This document shows, piece after piece, positions 28,301 to 38,415 of a stretch of DNA of 64,000 nt. How positions within the stretch are numbered: the stretch's first letter is position 1; each line of letters opens with the position of its first letter. Source of the stretch: Acidimicrobiia bacterium. GTDB taxonomy: Bacteria > Actinomycetota > Acidimicrobiia > Acidimicrobiales > SHLQ01. Made by a program: the position numbers and the translations under genes. The stretch is taken from positions 2,344,507 through 2,408,506 of the forward strand of contig JAWPMS010000001.1 in the NCBI GenBank assembly GCA_033344795.1, written 5' to 3'. Under the pieces are notes generated by a model, which saw only the letters and a program-made list of their open reading frames with translations, made no database searches and was not told the origin of the DNA.

Positions 28301-29338
28301 TCAGCGACAGCCCTGCACGCTGAGGTCGTCGAGTAGTGGACCGATTGCCGTTGCGGTGGTCGGAAGGAGGCACGCCTGACCTGGGTTGCCAAACTCGAGC
28401 CGCAAGAGAGCTGAATCTGCACGAAGCGCTTCAGGAGTGTCGATGACCGCGTTGCCGAGGCTGTATGCGACGGTCGACTGACCGACCCGATCGAAGCGCT
28501 GGATGAAGTCCGAGCCGTGGCCGATCACCGCGTCGACGCCGGCATCGACCAACTGCTGGATGCTGTCGATCTGTTCGGGGGTGGGGGAGCGATCATCGAG
28601 GGAACCCACGTCGACCACCACGACGACGCCCAATCCCTCTTCGTGGCGCGTGGCCACCTCCTCGAGGAGCGCATCGAACGATGCAGGTCCGGCAATGCCG
28701 GCGGTGACCGCCCCAGCCGATGCAGCGTCGTCCGCTCTGAGTGAGATCGCATGCAGCGAGATCATCGAGTCGCCGCTGCCGGCTGTGAGCCCGTTGACGG
28801 CGCTGGCTTCGTTGGGGCCATATCCGAGCACGTTGAGGCCTTTCGTGCCGACGTCGACCACGAATGTTCGAAGATCTTCCCCAGCGGTTGCAGCCTCGGC
28901 AGTCGCGACGTTCAGCAGATCGACGCCGCCAAGCGACCACCCGGTCACCTCGTCGGCACCGCAACCCTCGGCGGTCGGGGCGCAGCCCAAAGAGGCAACC
29001 GTCACCAGATCGTTGCCGATGACGGGTACGTCGGACTGCCACGCTGCAGACGGGTCAGTGATCGAACGGATACTGCCGAGCACATGCAGGATTGGATTCG
29101 CTCGCGTGCTGGCCTGCGGAGCCGTCGTCGTGGTTCGGTTCGGGTCCAGGGTGGCGTCGATTGGATCCGCGGCAAGCCGAGCGTTGATCGTCGTGGTCGT
29201 CGTTGACGCCCCGAGCGAAGTGTTGTCTCCCTCGTCACTGGAGCAAGCAGCGAGAATCAGGGCGCTGACGCCCAGGGCAATCAGAACCTGTGCCGAAGAT
29301 CGGTGAGCCCGCAAGATCGCGGAATGAAGTGACAGCAC
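28301..29338 (-). CDS. secreted lipoprotein, CapA/metallophosphatase-like C-terminal region (degenerate)
   Basis: Lipobox LILAAC. Start chosen at GTG 29338 so the signal peptide is about 31 aa; the track start is 29395. C-terminal VDAGVDAVIGHGSDFIQ...AYSLGN resembles CapA-family proteins. Confidence 0.5.
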   Translation of the reverse strand: MLSLHSAILRAHRSSAQVLIALGVSALILAACSSDEGDNTSLGASTTTTTINARLAADPIDATLDPNRTTTTAPQASTRANPILHVLGSIRSITDPSAAWQSDVPVIGNDLVTVASLGCAPTAEGCGADEVTGWSLGGVDLLNVATAEAATAGEDLRTFVVDVGTKGLNVLGYGPNEASAVNGLTAGSGDSMISLHAISLRADDAASAGAVTAGIAGPASFDALLEEVATRHEEGLGVVVVVDVGSLDDRSPTPEQIDSIQQLVDAGVDAVIGHGSDFIQRFDRVGQSTVAYSLGNAVIDTPEALRADSALLRLEFGNPGQACLLPTTATAIGPLLDDLSVQGCR

Positions 29339-29422
29339 CAACTCAGTCTGCCGTGTCGGGCGCAAGTGGGGCGCGCACCCCCGTGAACCCGTCACGAACC
29401 TGGCCGCCTCTAACCTTGGAGA

Positions 29423-30268
29423 ATGCGCAGACTTCTCTCATTCCTCGTGATGGTGGTGTTGGTCCTCACTGCCTGTGGTGAGGGTGAGTCGATCGTGGAG
29501 CCGGGACCCGGCGATCCTGAGGAGACGACAACGACGAGCGCTCCAGACGAGGAGTCCGATGACGACTCCGACGAGGTCGTCACCGGTGGCGACGAGGACG
29601 AGGTGGACGGAACGACGACCACCCAACCTCCAGCAGCGACTGGACAAGACGCCGACACGACGGCCACCACCGTGGTGATCGATGAGAACTCCGTCAACGC
29701 GGCGGCCTACACCGAGCTCGCAGCATCGGGATTGGTCTTGACGCTCGACGAACAGTCGTGTGCTGACCAGAGCGCTGCTGCCGCGATCGAGGGAGGTCTC
29801 GACTCGGTGGATGCGGTCATCACGGCCGTACAAGATTGTGCGTCGCCGCGTGCGATCGATGCATTTGCGTCCGGGCTGATTCTCGCAGGCGGTCGACCCC
29901 TACCGTCCACCGAAGCGGCATGCGTGTCGAGCCGGCTGCAATCGGCCGAGGAGTATCGGCCGTTCTGGCAGGCGCTGCTCGAAGAGGAGCCGTTCGATTT
30001 CCTGCTCGCTGACCTCACCGTACAAAACCGCTACCTCGAGCTGTACGCGGAGTGTGTCTCGGTGGGTCGAGCGGTGAGTGAGCAGGCCAATGTCGAGCTT
30101 TCTCCACCGACGATGGGATGTATCGATGATCTCTATCGAGATCGCGAATTCGTTCGGGTGACGATCGAGGCAGACCTTTCGGGCGACGTCGATGAACGCG
30201 AACGAATCGACGGCCAGATCTCTCGCTGCCTCACCAATGACGAACGAGCAGCACTAGGAGACGGCTAG
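29423..30268 (+). CDS. lipoprotein with acidic low-complexity N-terminal region
   Basis: MRRLLSFLVMVVLVLTAC lipoprotein signal. Asp/Glu/Thr-rich stretch. No recognised domain. Confidence 0.55.
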   Translation: MRRLLSFLVMVVLVLTACGEGESIVEPGPGDPEETTTTSAPDEESDDDSDEVVTGGDEDEVDGTTTTQPPAATGQDADTTATTVVIDENSVNAAAYTELAASGLVLTLDEQSCADQSAAAAIEGGLDSVDAVITAVQDCASPRAIDAFASGLILAGGRPLPSTEAACVSSRLQSAEEYRPFWQALLEEEPFDFLLADLTVQNRYLELYAECVSVGRAVSEQANVELSPPTMGCIDDLYRDREFVRVTIEADLSGDVDERERIDGQISRCLTNDERAALGDG

Positions 30269-30335
30269 GTCGCTCGCGCGGTGACTCACCGAGCTACGAA
30301 CCCCCGTAGAGTTGACCGGGCAGGGAGGAAATGAA

Positions 30336-31034
30336 ATGTCATTTCACATGTTCGGATTTCCCATCACGATCCACGGCTCCTTCCTGGCTGTCATCGCAAT
30401 TCTCGGGTACACATCGTTTCCCGAACAGCTCGATCGAGTCGCCGCCTTTGTTGTCATTGCGCTGATTGCGATCGTCATCCACGAGCTCGGGCATGCATTT
30501 GCTGCCCGTTCGCAGGGCACGCACGGTACGCCGACGATTTCACTTGAAGGTATGGCGGGGTTGACGAGGTACCGCTTGCAAGAGCAGCCGTCGCGTTCGC
30601 AAGCGATCATGATCAGCTTTGCCGGACCTCTCGCCGGAATCCTCCTCGGCGCAGCTGTCCTGGCCCTGGCTCGAAGTGGGTTCCTCGACCGGACGCCGCT
30701 GATCGATGACCTGATCTTGATCGGACTCTTCACGACGTTTGGCTGGAGCGCGTTCAACCTCTTGCCGATCGTGCCCCTCGATGGTGGACACATCATGACC
30801 GACCTCATTCCGGGTTCGGTGCCGGTGCGGCGACGCCGCGCTGCGATCGTGTCCATCATCGTGGCTGTCGCTGCTGCGATCTGGCTGTGGTTCTACCTCG
30901 GGAGCCTTTTCGCTCCCTTGATTCTGGGAATGATGGCGTATCAGAACTTCACGTCGATCTCTCGAGCTCGCCCAGCCGCGGGTATCCCGGTGCCCATGTC
31001 GCCACGCGACGACAGTCCGGTAAACGACGGCTGA
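30336..31034 (+). CDS. M50-family (site-2 protease-like) membrane metalloprotease
   Basis: HELGHAF motif in a TM helix, a second motif NLLPIVPLDGG, and multiple TMs. Start at ATG 30336 after a GGGAGGA SD. Confidence 0.75.
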   Translation: MSFHMFGFPITIHGSFLAVIAILGYTSFPEQLDRVAAFVVIALIAIVIHELGHAFAARSQGTHGTPTISLEGMAGLTRYRLQEQPSRSQAIMISFAGPLAGILLGAAVLALARSGFLDRTPLIDDLILIGLFTTFGWSAFNLLPIVPLDGGHIMTDLIPGSVPVRRRRAAIVSIIVAVAAAIWLWFYLGSLFAPLILGMMAYQNFTSISRARPAAGIPVPMSPRDDSPVNDG

Positions 31035-31125
31035 CAGTTTTCTGCTCCAGTTCGGCGTCCAACGATTGGCGCAATAGTGTCCAGTCGCGTGATCTGCACG
31101 CCGCAGATTGGACGGAGAAAAGAAC

Positions 31126-32112
31126 ATGCGCGCATTGATGTTGAGCAACGAGGACGGCGAGTTCTCGTGCGATGTCACCGAACTCGGCGAGGATGCGCTA
31201 CCTGAAGGTGAAGTGCTCGTCGCTGTTGAGTACTCGACGCTCAACTACAAAGACGGGCTCGCGATAACCAACACCTCGCCAATCGTGCGAACGTGGCCGA
31301 TGGTTCCGGGCGTCGACCTCGCGGGGACCGTCTTGAGCTCGTCGGAGGATCGGTACAAGATCGGTGATCGTGTTGTGCTCAATGGCTGGGACGTCGGCGA
31401 GAAACACTGGGGTGGCCTCGCGGAGCGGGCGCGTGTGCAAGCGGACTGGCTCACGCCGATTCCCGAGGATTTCTCGACCTATCAGGCGGCTGCGATCGGG
31501 ACTGCAGGGTACACGGCCATGTTGTGCGTCCTTGCTCTCGAGGAGCACGGCGTTCGCCCAGAGTCCGGCAAGGTTCTCGTCACCGGCGCCGCTGGCGGAG
31601 TGGGATCGGTCGCCGTGGCGATCCTCTCGCGACTCGGCTACGAGGTGATTGCCTCCTCGGGGCGGATCGAAACCGAAGCGGAGTATCTGACTTCGCTCGG
31701 TGCGACAGAACTGATCGACCGGTCTGAGCTGTCCGGCGAGGGCGGTCGCCCCCTGGCGAAAGTCAGGTGGGCCGGAGCCATCGATGTGGCGGGAAGTCAT
31801 ACGCTGGCCAACGTTCTGGCGGCCACCGCTCCACAGGGGTGTGTTGCTGCGTGCGGGCTCGCCCAGGGTATGGACCTCGTGACGTCCGTCGCGCCGCTGA
31901 TCCTTCGTGGGGTCACCCTCGTCGGCGTCGACTCTGTCCATGAGTCAGCCGATCGACGAACGCTCGCGTGGTCGCGACTCGCCACCGACCTCGATGTCAC
32001 GTTGCTCGACTCGATGATCACCGAAATTGGGCTCGACGAAGTGCCACAAGCCGCACGAGACATCATCGACGGACGAATTCGAGGCCGGGTCGTGGTCGAC
32101 GTCGGTCGGTGA
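31126..32112 (+). CDS. YhdH/AcuI-type NADPH:quinone/acrylyl-CoA reductase (MDR superfamily)
   Basis: MRALML...[20 protein letters not shown]..., [12 protein letters not shown]. Start at ATG 31126 (GGAGAA SD). Confidence 0.85.
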   Translation: MRALMLSNEDGEFSCDVTELGEDALPEGEVLVAVEYSTLNYKDGLAITNTSPIVRTWPMVPGVDLAGTVLSSSEDRYKIGDRVVLNGWDVGEKHWGGLAERARVQADWLTPIPEDFSTYQAAAIGTAGYTAMLCVLALEEHGVRPESGKVLVTGAAGGVGSVAVAILSRLGYEVIASSGRIETEAEYLTSLGATELIDRSELSGEGGRPLAKVRWAGAIDVAGSHTLANVLAATAPQGCVAACGLAQGMDLVTSVAPLILRGVTLVGVDSVHESADRRTLAWSRLATDLDVTLLDSMITEIGLDEVPQAARDIIDGRIRGRVVVDVGR

Positions 32113-32146
32113 GGCGAAACCTCTTCCGAACGTCTAGTTGAGTTCC

Positions 32147-33274
32147 TCAGGATGCAGGAACGATGGTGATGATGCCAACCGAGGGTGGTACGCCGAGGCG
32201 CATCTGCGGGGCCTGCCCCCGCTCGAGGCCAACGCCGGTCGATACGTAGATCGGGTGGCCATTGACCACATGAAGGCCGCCGGCCGCAACGACCCGCGGT
32301 ACGTCCGAAAACGTGATGACAGGGCCGATCCGAGGTAGCGCGACCTGCCCACCATGGGTATGCCCAGCGATCAGCAGATCGATCGGGACGTCGCTCGGCA
32401 GGGTCAGCACCGCATCTGGATAGTGGCTCACCATCAGGACGAGATCGTCGTCTGCGATGGACGTCGAAAGCTGATCGAGAAGCACGGGCGCGAGTTCGTT
32501 TCGATCGTGGTCCTCCGAAGTGCTGGCTCCCACCAGAGTCACCTGTTGGCCGCGTACCCGGATCTGTTGGATCTCATCCTCGAGATAGATCGCACCCGCT
32601 TCTTCTGCAATGTCCTTGACGACCTCTCCGTCATCAACGTTGCCATTGACGATGACCACATGATCCACGGCGTCGGTCAGTGTGCGAAGCCATCCGACGA
32701 ACATCGGAATTGCTGCATTGACGTCCTCGGGCTCGAGTTGAAACAGGTCGCCGGGCAAGACGACCAGATCTGGCTCCGCCTCGAGCACGGCGTCGGCGGC
32801 TGCACGCTCATGGCTGCCGATCGACGTGGTCTGCAGGTCAGCAATCACGCCAACAACGAGCGTTTCGGTGGCCCCCTCAGCACCGAGTATCTGCGTGTCG
32901 ACCTGCAACCGAAACGGCTCGACGTGGGTGGCCCACAGACCCAGCACGACTGCCGCGAGAGCTCCGATGATCATGATCCACCCAACGAAGGGCGTGCGTC
33001 GCTCCGCATCGATGAGCTGCGGGATCACGATCCAGGCCGCAGCCAACGGAAACCCGACGGTGATCAACAGGTATCCGAAGTGGATCACGCCGAAGAAGTC
33101 GAGTCCGGCCGCGATCGAGAGAACAACGATCGCGACGACCGAGAAAAGGCCCGCGACCAGAGAACCGATCATGACATCCGCGATTGCCGTGCCCCACCGT
33201 CGATAACGAGCTGCGATCCCACCCGACAGCCCAGCGACGATGGCGCAGACGAGGAGGACGAGGCTTAGATCCAC
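32147..33274 (-). CDS. membrane-anchored metallophosphoesterase
   Basis: Four N-terminal TMs, then DLVVLPGDLF, NGNVD, IAGHTHGGQV calcineurin-like motifs. Confidence 0.8.
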   Translation of the reverse strand: MDLSLVLLVCAIVAGLSGGIAARYRRWGTAIADVMIGSLVAGLFSVVAIVVLSIAAGLDFFGVIHFGYLLITVGFPLAAAWIVIPQLIDAERRTPFVGWIMIIGALAAVVLGLWATHVEPFRLQVDTQILGAEGATETLVVGVIADLQTTSIGSHERAAADAVLEAEPDLVVLPGDLFQLEPEDVNAAIPMFVGWLRTLTDAVDHVVIVNGNVDDGEVVKDIAEEAGAIYLEDEIQQIRVRGQQVTLVGASTSEDHDRNELAPVLLDQLSTSIADDDLVLMVSHYPDAVLTLPSDVPIDLLIAGHTHGGQVALPRIGPVITFSDVPRVVAAGGLHVVNGHPIYVSTGVGLERGQAPQMRLGVPPSVGIITIVPAS

Positions 33275-33301
33275 AGGCGAAATCGTTGCAGATCTTGGAG
33301 A

Positions 33302-34162
33302 TCAGATGTCGTCAGAGCGGTTCCGAAGAAAGTTTTCTATCTCATCGGTCATCGCGTCTGCGTCGTACACGACCTCGGGTTCCGAATCGACACGCTGCTC
33401 GAGGTCATCGACATAGGAGCGCACGTCCTCGTCGTCATCGAGCGCGAGATGGACGCGGGCTTCCCAATCACGAATCTCATCAGCGAGTCCAACATGGTCG
33501 GTGGGGATTCCGCAGATCTGCTCGATATTGGCCAGGAGAGCCGCGGTTGCCTTGGGTGAAGGGCTTCCGGGAACGTAATGAGGCACGCTGACGCGCAACG
33601 AGACCAATGGTCGACCCCGATCGGACAGTTCCTGATGCAACGAGCCGATGAGGCCGGTTGGGCCCTCGTAGGTCGGGCGTCCGATCCCCAGTGTCGTCGC
33701 GAGTTCTTCGTCGCCGGTCGATGCCGTGACGGGAAACGATCTGGTGTGAGGAACCATGGCAAGCGCAGATCCGAGGGTGACCACGAGCTCGGTTCGCGTC
33801 GTATCCATGAGCTCGATCAGTGTCTCGCAGAAGGAGCGCCAGCGAAGGTTCGGCTCGATCCCGCTCAGGAGCACGAGGTCACGTTTGCCCTCTGGTGTCT
33901 TGGCCCACACGATGTTGTTCGTCGGCCAATGAATCTCTCGCGCCCCGTTTGCGCCGAGACGGACGTGCGGGCGGGTTTCCTGGAAGTCGAACAACGTCTC
34001 GGGATCGATCGACGCTGCCGGGTTTCCACCATGGGTCATCGAGAGCCAATCGACGGCGTTTGTCGCAGCGGAGCCCATATCGAACATGCCTTTGAAGGCC
34101 ATCACGAAGATGGGACGATCGAGCTCGGGAAGCGGATGCAACTCGTATGGAATGGGAGCCAC
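33302..34162 (-). CDS. PAC2-family (proteasome assembly chaperone 2-like) protein
   Basis: 286 aa. YELHPLPELDRPIFVMAFKGMFDMGSAA...GIEPNLRW...YEGPTGLIG pattern typical of actinobacterial PAC2 proteins. Confidence 0.75.
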   Translation of the reverse strand: MAPIPYELHPLPELDRPIFVMAFKGMFDMGSAATNAVDWLSMTHGGNPAASIDPETLFDFQETRPHVRLGANGAREIHWPTNNIVWAKTPEGKRDLVLLSGIEPNLRWRSFCETLIELMDTTRTELVVTLGSALAMVPHTRSFPVTASTGDEELATTLGIGRPTYEGPTGLIGSLHQELSDRGRPLVSLRVSVPHYVPGSPSPKATAALLANIEQICGIPTDHVGLADEIRDWEARVHLALDDDEDVRSYVDDLEQRVDSEPEVVYDADAMTDEIENFLRNRSDDI

Positions 34163-34304
34163 GAGTAAACGCTACTGCGCAACCGTCCACATGCTCGCGA
34201 AATCACTCCTTGCGATGATTACGGTGTCGAACCTCGGGATCGCGTAACGTACGGCATCGAGAACTACGCAGTCCAGGTGGGTCTGCGCGGAAAGTGGTGA
34301 TGAC

Positions 34305-34940
34305 ATGAGCGACGCAACACAACCTCCGGGGTGGTACCCAGCTGAAGGAGACCCTCCCGGAACGGTTCGATGGTGGGATGGCGGGAAGTGGGTTGGTGGT
34401 CCTCAGCAACAGGGTGCCCAGCAGCAAGCCGGCTACGTGGCACCGGGAGCAGGTTCGCTCGCAAATGGGCGAGAGCTCGCCGATCCGTGGTTGCGCATCG
34501 CCGCCAAGATCATCGACGCGATCGTCGCGACACTGATCACGCTTCCCTTTGGTGCTGCAGCGATCGTCAGCGCGTTCCGAAGTGGTGCCGATGGCACCGA
34601 CCTCGAGGTCAATATCGGTCTGGCGCTCGTTGGTGCGATCGTTGGCGCCGCGTACTACACCCTGATGAACACGTACATGTCTGGCACCGTCGGCAAACTC
34701 TTGCTTGGTCTTCGAATCGTGAAGCGTGATGGCACGGAGCCGCTCGGTGTGCCCGATGGACCAAAACGAAGCCTCATGCACATCGTGGCGATTCTGGGCG
34801 CGATCCCGATCGTTGGACTGCTGGTTTCGGCGGTCACCACGATCGTCGGTCTCGTATCGCTCGTGTTCTTGTTCACCGATCCAGAACACCGCACGGTGAT
34901 GGATCGATTCGCCGACACCTACGTCGTCAAGAAGCAGTAG
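34305..34940 (+). CDS. RDD-family membrane protein with N-terminal DUF2510-like motif
   Basis: GWYPAEGDPPGTVRWWDGGKWVG then RIAAKIIDAIV...RDG; three TMs. The opposite-strand ORF 34203-34889 was rejected. Confidence 0.75.
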   Translation: MSDATQPPGWYPAEGDPPGTVRWWDGGKWVGGPQQQGAQQQAGYVAPGAGSLANGRELADPWLRIAAKIIDAIVATLITLPFGAAAIVSAFRSGADGTDLEVNIGLALVGAIVGAAYYTLMNTYMSGTVGKLLLGLRIVKRDGTEPLGVPDGPKRSLMHIVAILGAIPIVGLLVSAVTTIVGLVSLVFLFTDPEHRTVMDRFADTYVVKKQ

Positions 34941-34943
34941 TTC

Positions 34944-35408
34944 TTATTCTTCGGCCTCGGCCGGCGTGGACGTAGCTTCCGCGCCGGCATCGGCTGCTGG
35001 TTCCTCGTCTGCCGAGGTTTCCGCCAGGGCGGCCTCTGGCGCATCGGCGTCGTCCGGTGCATCAGCTGGAGTGTCTGCAGCTGTCCCCTCGGATTCTTCT
35101 GCCTTGGCCTTTGGCTTGCGCTGCTCGTCACCAGCCAGCGGGTTGTCCTTGATCTCGTTGTAGGCCGCGAGCGCTGCCTTGTACGCCGTTTCCGCCTCGG
35201 CTTTGTCGCTCGCGGAAGCATCGGGGTTGTCCGTGAGCTTGCGCACGACTGCTGCAGCCTCGTCCTTTGCCCGCTCGGCTTTCGCCACGCGCTTGGCTCC
35301 GCGCTCTTTTGCGGCGCTTGCCTCCACACGTTCGTTGAAGAGCAATAGGGCTGCTCGGGTCTCATCGTCGACTTGAATCTCAGTGCTCACCCCCACATCA
35401 TCGGTCAT
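34944..35408 (-). CDS. hypothetical Ala/Glu/Lys-rich protein
   Basis: Start taken at MTDDVGVSTEI (ATG 35408). Low-complexity helical/acidic sequence. No domain recognised. Confidence 0.4.
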   Translation of the reverse strand: MTDDVGVSTEIQVDDETRAALLLFNERVEASAAKERGAKRVAKAERAKDEAAAVVRKLTDNPDASASDKAEAETAYKAALAAYNEIKDNPLAGDEQRKPKAKAEESEGTAADTPADAPDDADAPEAALAETSADEEPAADAGAEATSTPAEAEE

Positions 35409-35435
35409 CTTGGGCTGACGGGCCAATATGAATGT

Positions 35436-37550
35436 GTGTCTCACTCGTCACCACATCCTCAGGTCATCTCGTTCCCGCGCCGCCACGCCACGACTCGGCG
35501 GTTCACACTCGGTGCTCCCCGGTCGTTTTCCGTCTCCGACGATGGATCCCGTGTCCTCTTCTTGCGATCGTCTGGGCCCGAGGATCCGCAGAACAGCCTG
35601 TGGGTCGTTGAGCCAGGGGAGGCGGCACGCGCGGTCTTCGACGCGACAGGGTCCACGAGTGGTTCGCTGACAGACGCCGAGCGGGCGCGTCGAGAACGGA
35701 TGCGTGAGCAAGCTTCGGGCGTGGTCTCGTTCGCGGCGCGGCCCGATTGTTCGGAGGTGGTGTTTGCGTTGGCCGGGCAGCTCTACAAGAGCGAGGTGTC
35801 GACCGGGGAATCGGTGGAACTCGCGAGCGACGGCAACGTGTTCGATCCGCATTTCGAACCCGGCGCCGATCGGATCGCGTATGTGAGCGGTTCGACGTTG
35901 CGGCTCACGTCGGGTGCCGACGACCAGTTGGTGCCGGGAACCGATGAGGGCGGCGATCTCGTCTCCTGGGGTTCGGCGGAGTTCGTCGCGGCAGAGGAAA
36001 TGGGTCGCGGCCGCGGGTATTGGTGGTCACCAGAGGGCCGACAGATGGCGGTGTGTCGCGTCGACACAGCTCCGGTCGAGGAGTGGTGGATATCTTCGCC
36101 TGAGCGCCCAGCCGTTGCGCCTCGTTCGATTCGCTACCCGGCCGCGGGGACGAAAAATGCCGATGTGCAGCTGTGGATCGTCGATGTCGACGAGGGACCG
36201 GTCCACCAGATCGATTGGCAGCAAGGTGAGTTCGAGTATCTCGCTGACGTGAAGTGGGGAGAGCAGCTGTTGCTGACCGTGCAGACGCGCGACCAGCGGG
36301 TCCGCGTCGTGCTCGTGGCCGACCCGAGCACGGGTGATGTGACAGAACTTCAACGCGATACCGATGACCGCTGGGTGGAACTCTTCGCCAACACGCCTCA
36401 CGAGAGCTCACTCGGGCTCGTCACGATCGCCGACGACGCGCATGCCCGCCGCGTGTCGATCGATGGGGAGTTCGTTTCAGGGGTTGACGTCAACGTGCGT
36501 CAGTTCGTGGGCGTCGTCGACGACACCGCCCTTGTGACCGTGACGACCGACGCGACGAACTCCGTTCTCGCTCGCCTCGAACGTGATGGGTCCCTCGAGC
36601 TCTTGTCGTCGGTCGACCACTTCACCAGCGCTGTCTGCAAGGGCGGCACGATGGTCGTGACCGAAGCTGGGCCCGATATCGATACGTCCTACGAGGTCAC
36701 GTGGATGGATGGCACGACGACAACGCTCGAGTCGTACGCGTCTTCGCCAGGATTTCCGTGCACGCCGGAATTCCACGTGGTCGGCGAGCGATCGCTCAAC
36801 CTCGCGCTATGTCTTCCCGAGGGTCACGACGGATCACCACTGCCTGTTCTTCTCGATCCCTACGGGGGCCCGCATGCGCAACGAGTGCTTCGTGTCCGAA
36901 ACGCACATGCGTCGTCGCAGTGGTTCGCCGAGCAAGGATTCGCCGTAGTGGTGATCGACGGTCGCGGGACGCCAGGCCGCGGCCCGGCGTTCGAGCGTGA
37001 GATCTATGGCGACTTCGCCACGAAGGTCCTCGACGACCAGATCGAGGCGCTCGAAGCGTTGGCGGCGGTTCGTTCGGAGATCGATCTGGGTCGTGTCGGC
37101 ATGCGCGGCTGGTCCTTCGGCGGGTACCTCGCCGCGTTGGCGGTGATGCGGCGGCCGGATGCGGTTCACGCAGCGATCGCTGGAGCTCCCGTCACCGATT
37201 GGCGTCTCTACGACACGCACTACACCGAGCGATATCTCGGTCATCCCAACGAGCACCCCGAGCATTATGAACAGAGCGGCCTCATCTCGGACGCTCCATC
37301 CCTCGATCGCCCCCTCATGTTGATCCACGGTCTCGCGGACGACAACGTTGTCGCGGCGCACACGCTCACGCTTTCCCAGGCGCTGCTCGAGGCCGGCCGC
37401 CCCCACGAAGTGCTACCCCTTTCGGGCGTCACACACATGACACCCCAAGAGCAGGTCGCCGAAAACCTCCTGCACCTCCAACGAGACTTCCTCCTCACCC
37501 ACCTCTCTCGCGACAAGGGGTCTGACCCCTTTCCCCAAAAAGGGGTCTGA
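35436..37550 (+). CDS. S9-family serine peptidase (dipeptidyl aminopeptidase IV-like)
   Basis: N-terminal FPRRHATTRRFTLGAPRSF..FLRS propeller region. C-terminal GWSFGGYL (nucleophile Ser), HGLADDNV, GVTH. Start at GTG 35436 is uncertain. The last about 11 codons read into the palindromic repeat array. Confidence 0.85.
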   Translation: MSHSSPHPQVISFPRRHATTRRFTLGAPRSFSVSDDGSRVLFLRSSGPEDPQNSLWVVEPGEAARAVFDATGSTSGSLTDAERARRERMREQASGVVSFAARPDCSEVVFALAGQLYKSEVSTGESVELASDGNVFDPHFEPGADRIAYVSGSTLRLTSGADDQLVPGTDEGGDLVSWGSAEFVAAEEMGRGRGYWWSPEGRQMAVCRVDTAPVEEWWISSPERPAVAPRSIRYPAAGTKNADVQLWIVDVDEGPVHQIDWQQGEFEYLADVKWGEQLLLTVQTRDQRVRVVLVADPSTGDVTELQRDTDDRWVELFANTPHESSLGLVTIADDAHARRVSIDGEFVSGVDVNVRQFVGVVDDTALVTVTTDATNSVLARLERDGSLELLSSVDHFTSAVCKGGTMVVTEAGPDIDTSYEVTWMDGTTTTLESYASSPGFPCTPEFHVVGERSLNLALCLPEGHDGSPLPVLLDPYGGPHAQRVLRVRNAHASSQWFAEQGFAVVVIDGRGTPGRGPAFEREIYGDFATKVLDDQIEALEALAAVRSEIDLGRVGMRGWSFGGYLAALAVMRRPDAVHAAIAGAPVTDWRLYDTHYTERYLGHPNEHPEHYEQSGLISDAPSLDRPLMLIHGLADDNVVAAHTLTLSQALLEAGRPHEVLPLSGVTHMTPQEQVAENLLHLQRDFLLTHLSRDKGSDPFPQKGV

Positions 37551-37579
37551 CCCCTTTTTCGAAAAAGGGGTCAGACCCC
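37515..37579. repeat. array of three GGGGTC(T/A)GACCCC hairpin palindromes; probable bidirectional terminator / REP-like element
   Basis: AAGGGGTCTGACCCCTT (37515-37531). AAAAAGGGGTCTGACCCCTTTTT (37537-37559). GGGGTCAGACCCC (37567-37579). 37542-37579 is one perfect 38-bp palindrome. Confidence 0.8.
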
Positions 37580-37644
37580 ATGTGTCGGGCGTCACAGTCG
37601 GGTTGGGATCGCGGCTCGCATTGTTCGCTCTGTACGATCTCGGC

Positions 37645-38415
37645 ATGATCGATCCACTGGGCACATTCAGACTCGACGGCAAAGTCGTGATCATCACGGG
37701 AGCGAGCTCGGGACTGGGCGCCCGATTCGCGCGGGTCTGCGATGCCGCTGGAGCTTCCGTTGTTCTGGCGGCCCGTCGGCTCGACCGCCTCGAGACGCTC
37801 GCTGGAGAGCTGAACAATGCAATCGCGGTACAAGCCGACTTCGCGACGGACGATGCGGCATCGACGGTGGTCGACGCGGCCTTGAGCAGCTTTGGTGCGA
37901 TCGACGTGGTCGTAAACAACGCAGGCATGAATCGTGCGGTCAACGCCGTTGACGACACCATGGAAGGCTTTCGCAGCGAGCTTCAGGTGAACCTCGTCGG
38001 TCCCTACGATCTTGCAGCCCGGTCGGCCAAGTGGATGATCGAGAACGGTCGGCCAGGGGCTGTCGTGAACATCGCGTCGGTGTTGGGTGTGGTAGCTGGC
38101 GGTCCGATGAAGGTGCCAGGTTACGCCGCGTCAAAGGGCGCTTTGGTACAGCTCACACGCGAGCTTGCAAGTGAATGGGCTCGCAAGAACATCCGGGTCA
38201 ACGCGATCGGCCCGGGGTGGTTCGAATCCGAGATGACCCAGGAGACGATGTTCGATGACGAACGAGCGCATGAGTTCATCAAACGTGGTGCGCCGCTCGG
38301 ACGGGGAGGACGAGAACACGAGCTCGATGGCGCGCTCTTGTTTCTCGCCAGCGATGCGAGCAGTTACGTGACCGGCCAGACCCTGTTCGTCGACGGTGGC
38401 TGGACGATCGTCTAG
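37645..38415 (+). CDS. SDR-family oxidoreductase
   Basis: From ATG 37645: GKVVIITGASSGLG (TGxxxGxG), NNAG, YAASKGAL (YxxxK). Confidence 0.85.
   Translation: MIDPLGTFRLDGKVVIITGASSGLGARFARVCDAAGASVVLAARRLDRLETLAGELNNAIAVQADFATDDAASTVVDAALSSFGAIDVVVNNAGMNRAVNAVDDTMEGFRSELQVNLVGPYDLAARSAKWMIENGRPGAVVNIASVLGVVAGGPMKVPGYAASKGALVQLTRELASEWARKNIRVNAIGPGWFESEMTQETMFDDERAHEFIKRGAPLGRGGREHELDGALLFLASDASSYVTGQTLFVDGGWTIV

Noticed and set aside
34203-34889. 228-aa minus-strand ORF overlapping the RDD-family gene
   Set aside because: The plus-strand frame has DUF2510-like and RDD motifs plus clear TM helices. The minus frame is Arg-rich with no motifs.
37515-37579. Possible CRISPR array (short GC-rich palindromic repeats)
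   Set aside because: There are only three copies, one of them inverted. Spacers are 5-7 nt, no cas genes are nearby, and the repeats are 13-23 nt. This is a terminator or REP-like structure, not CRISPR.
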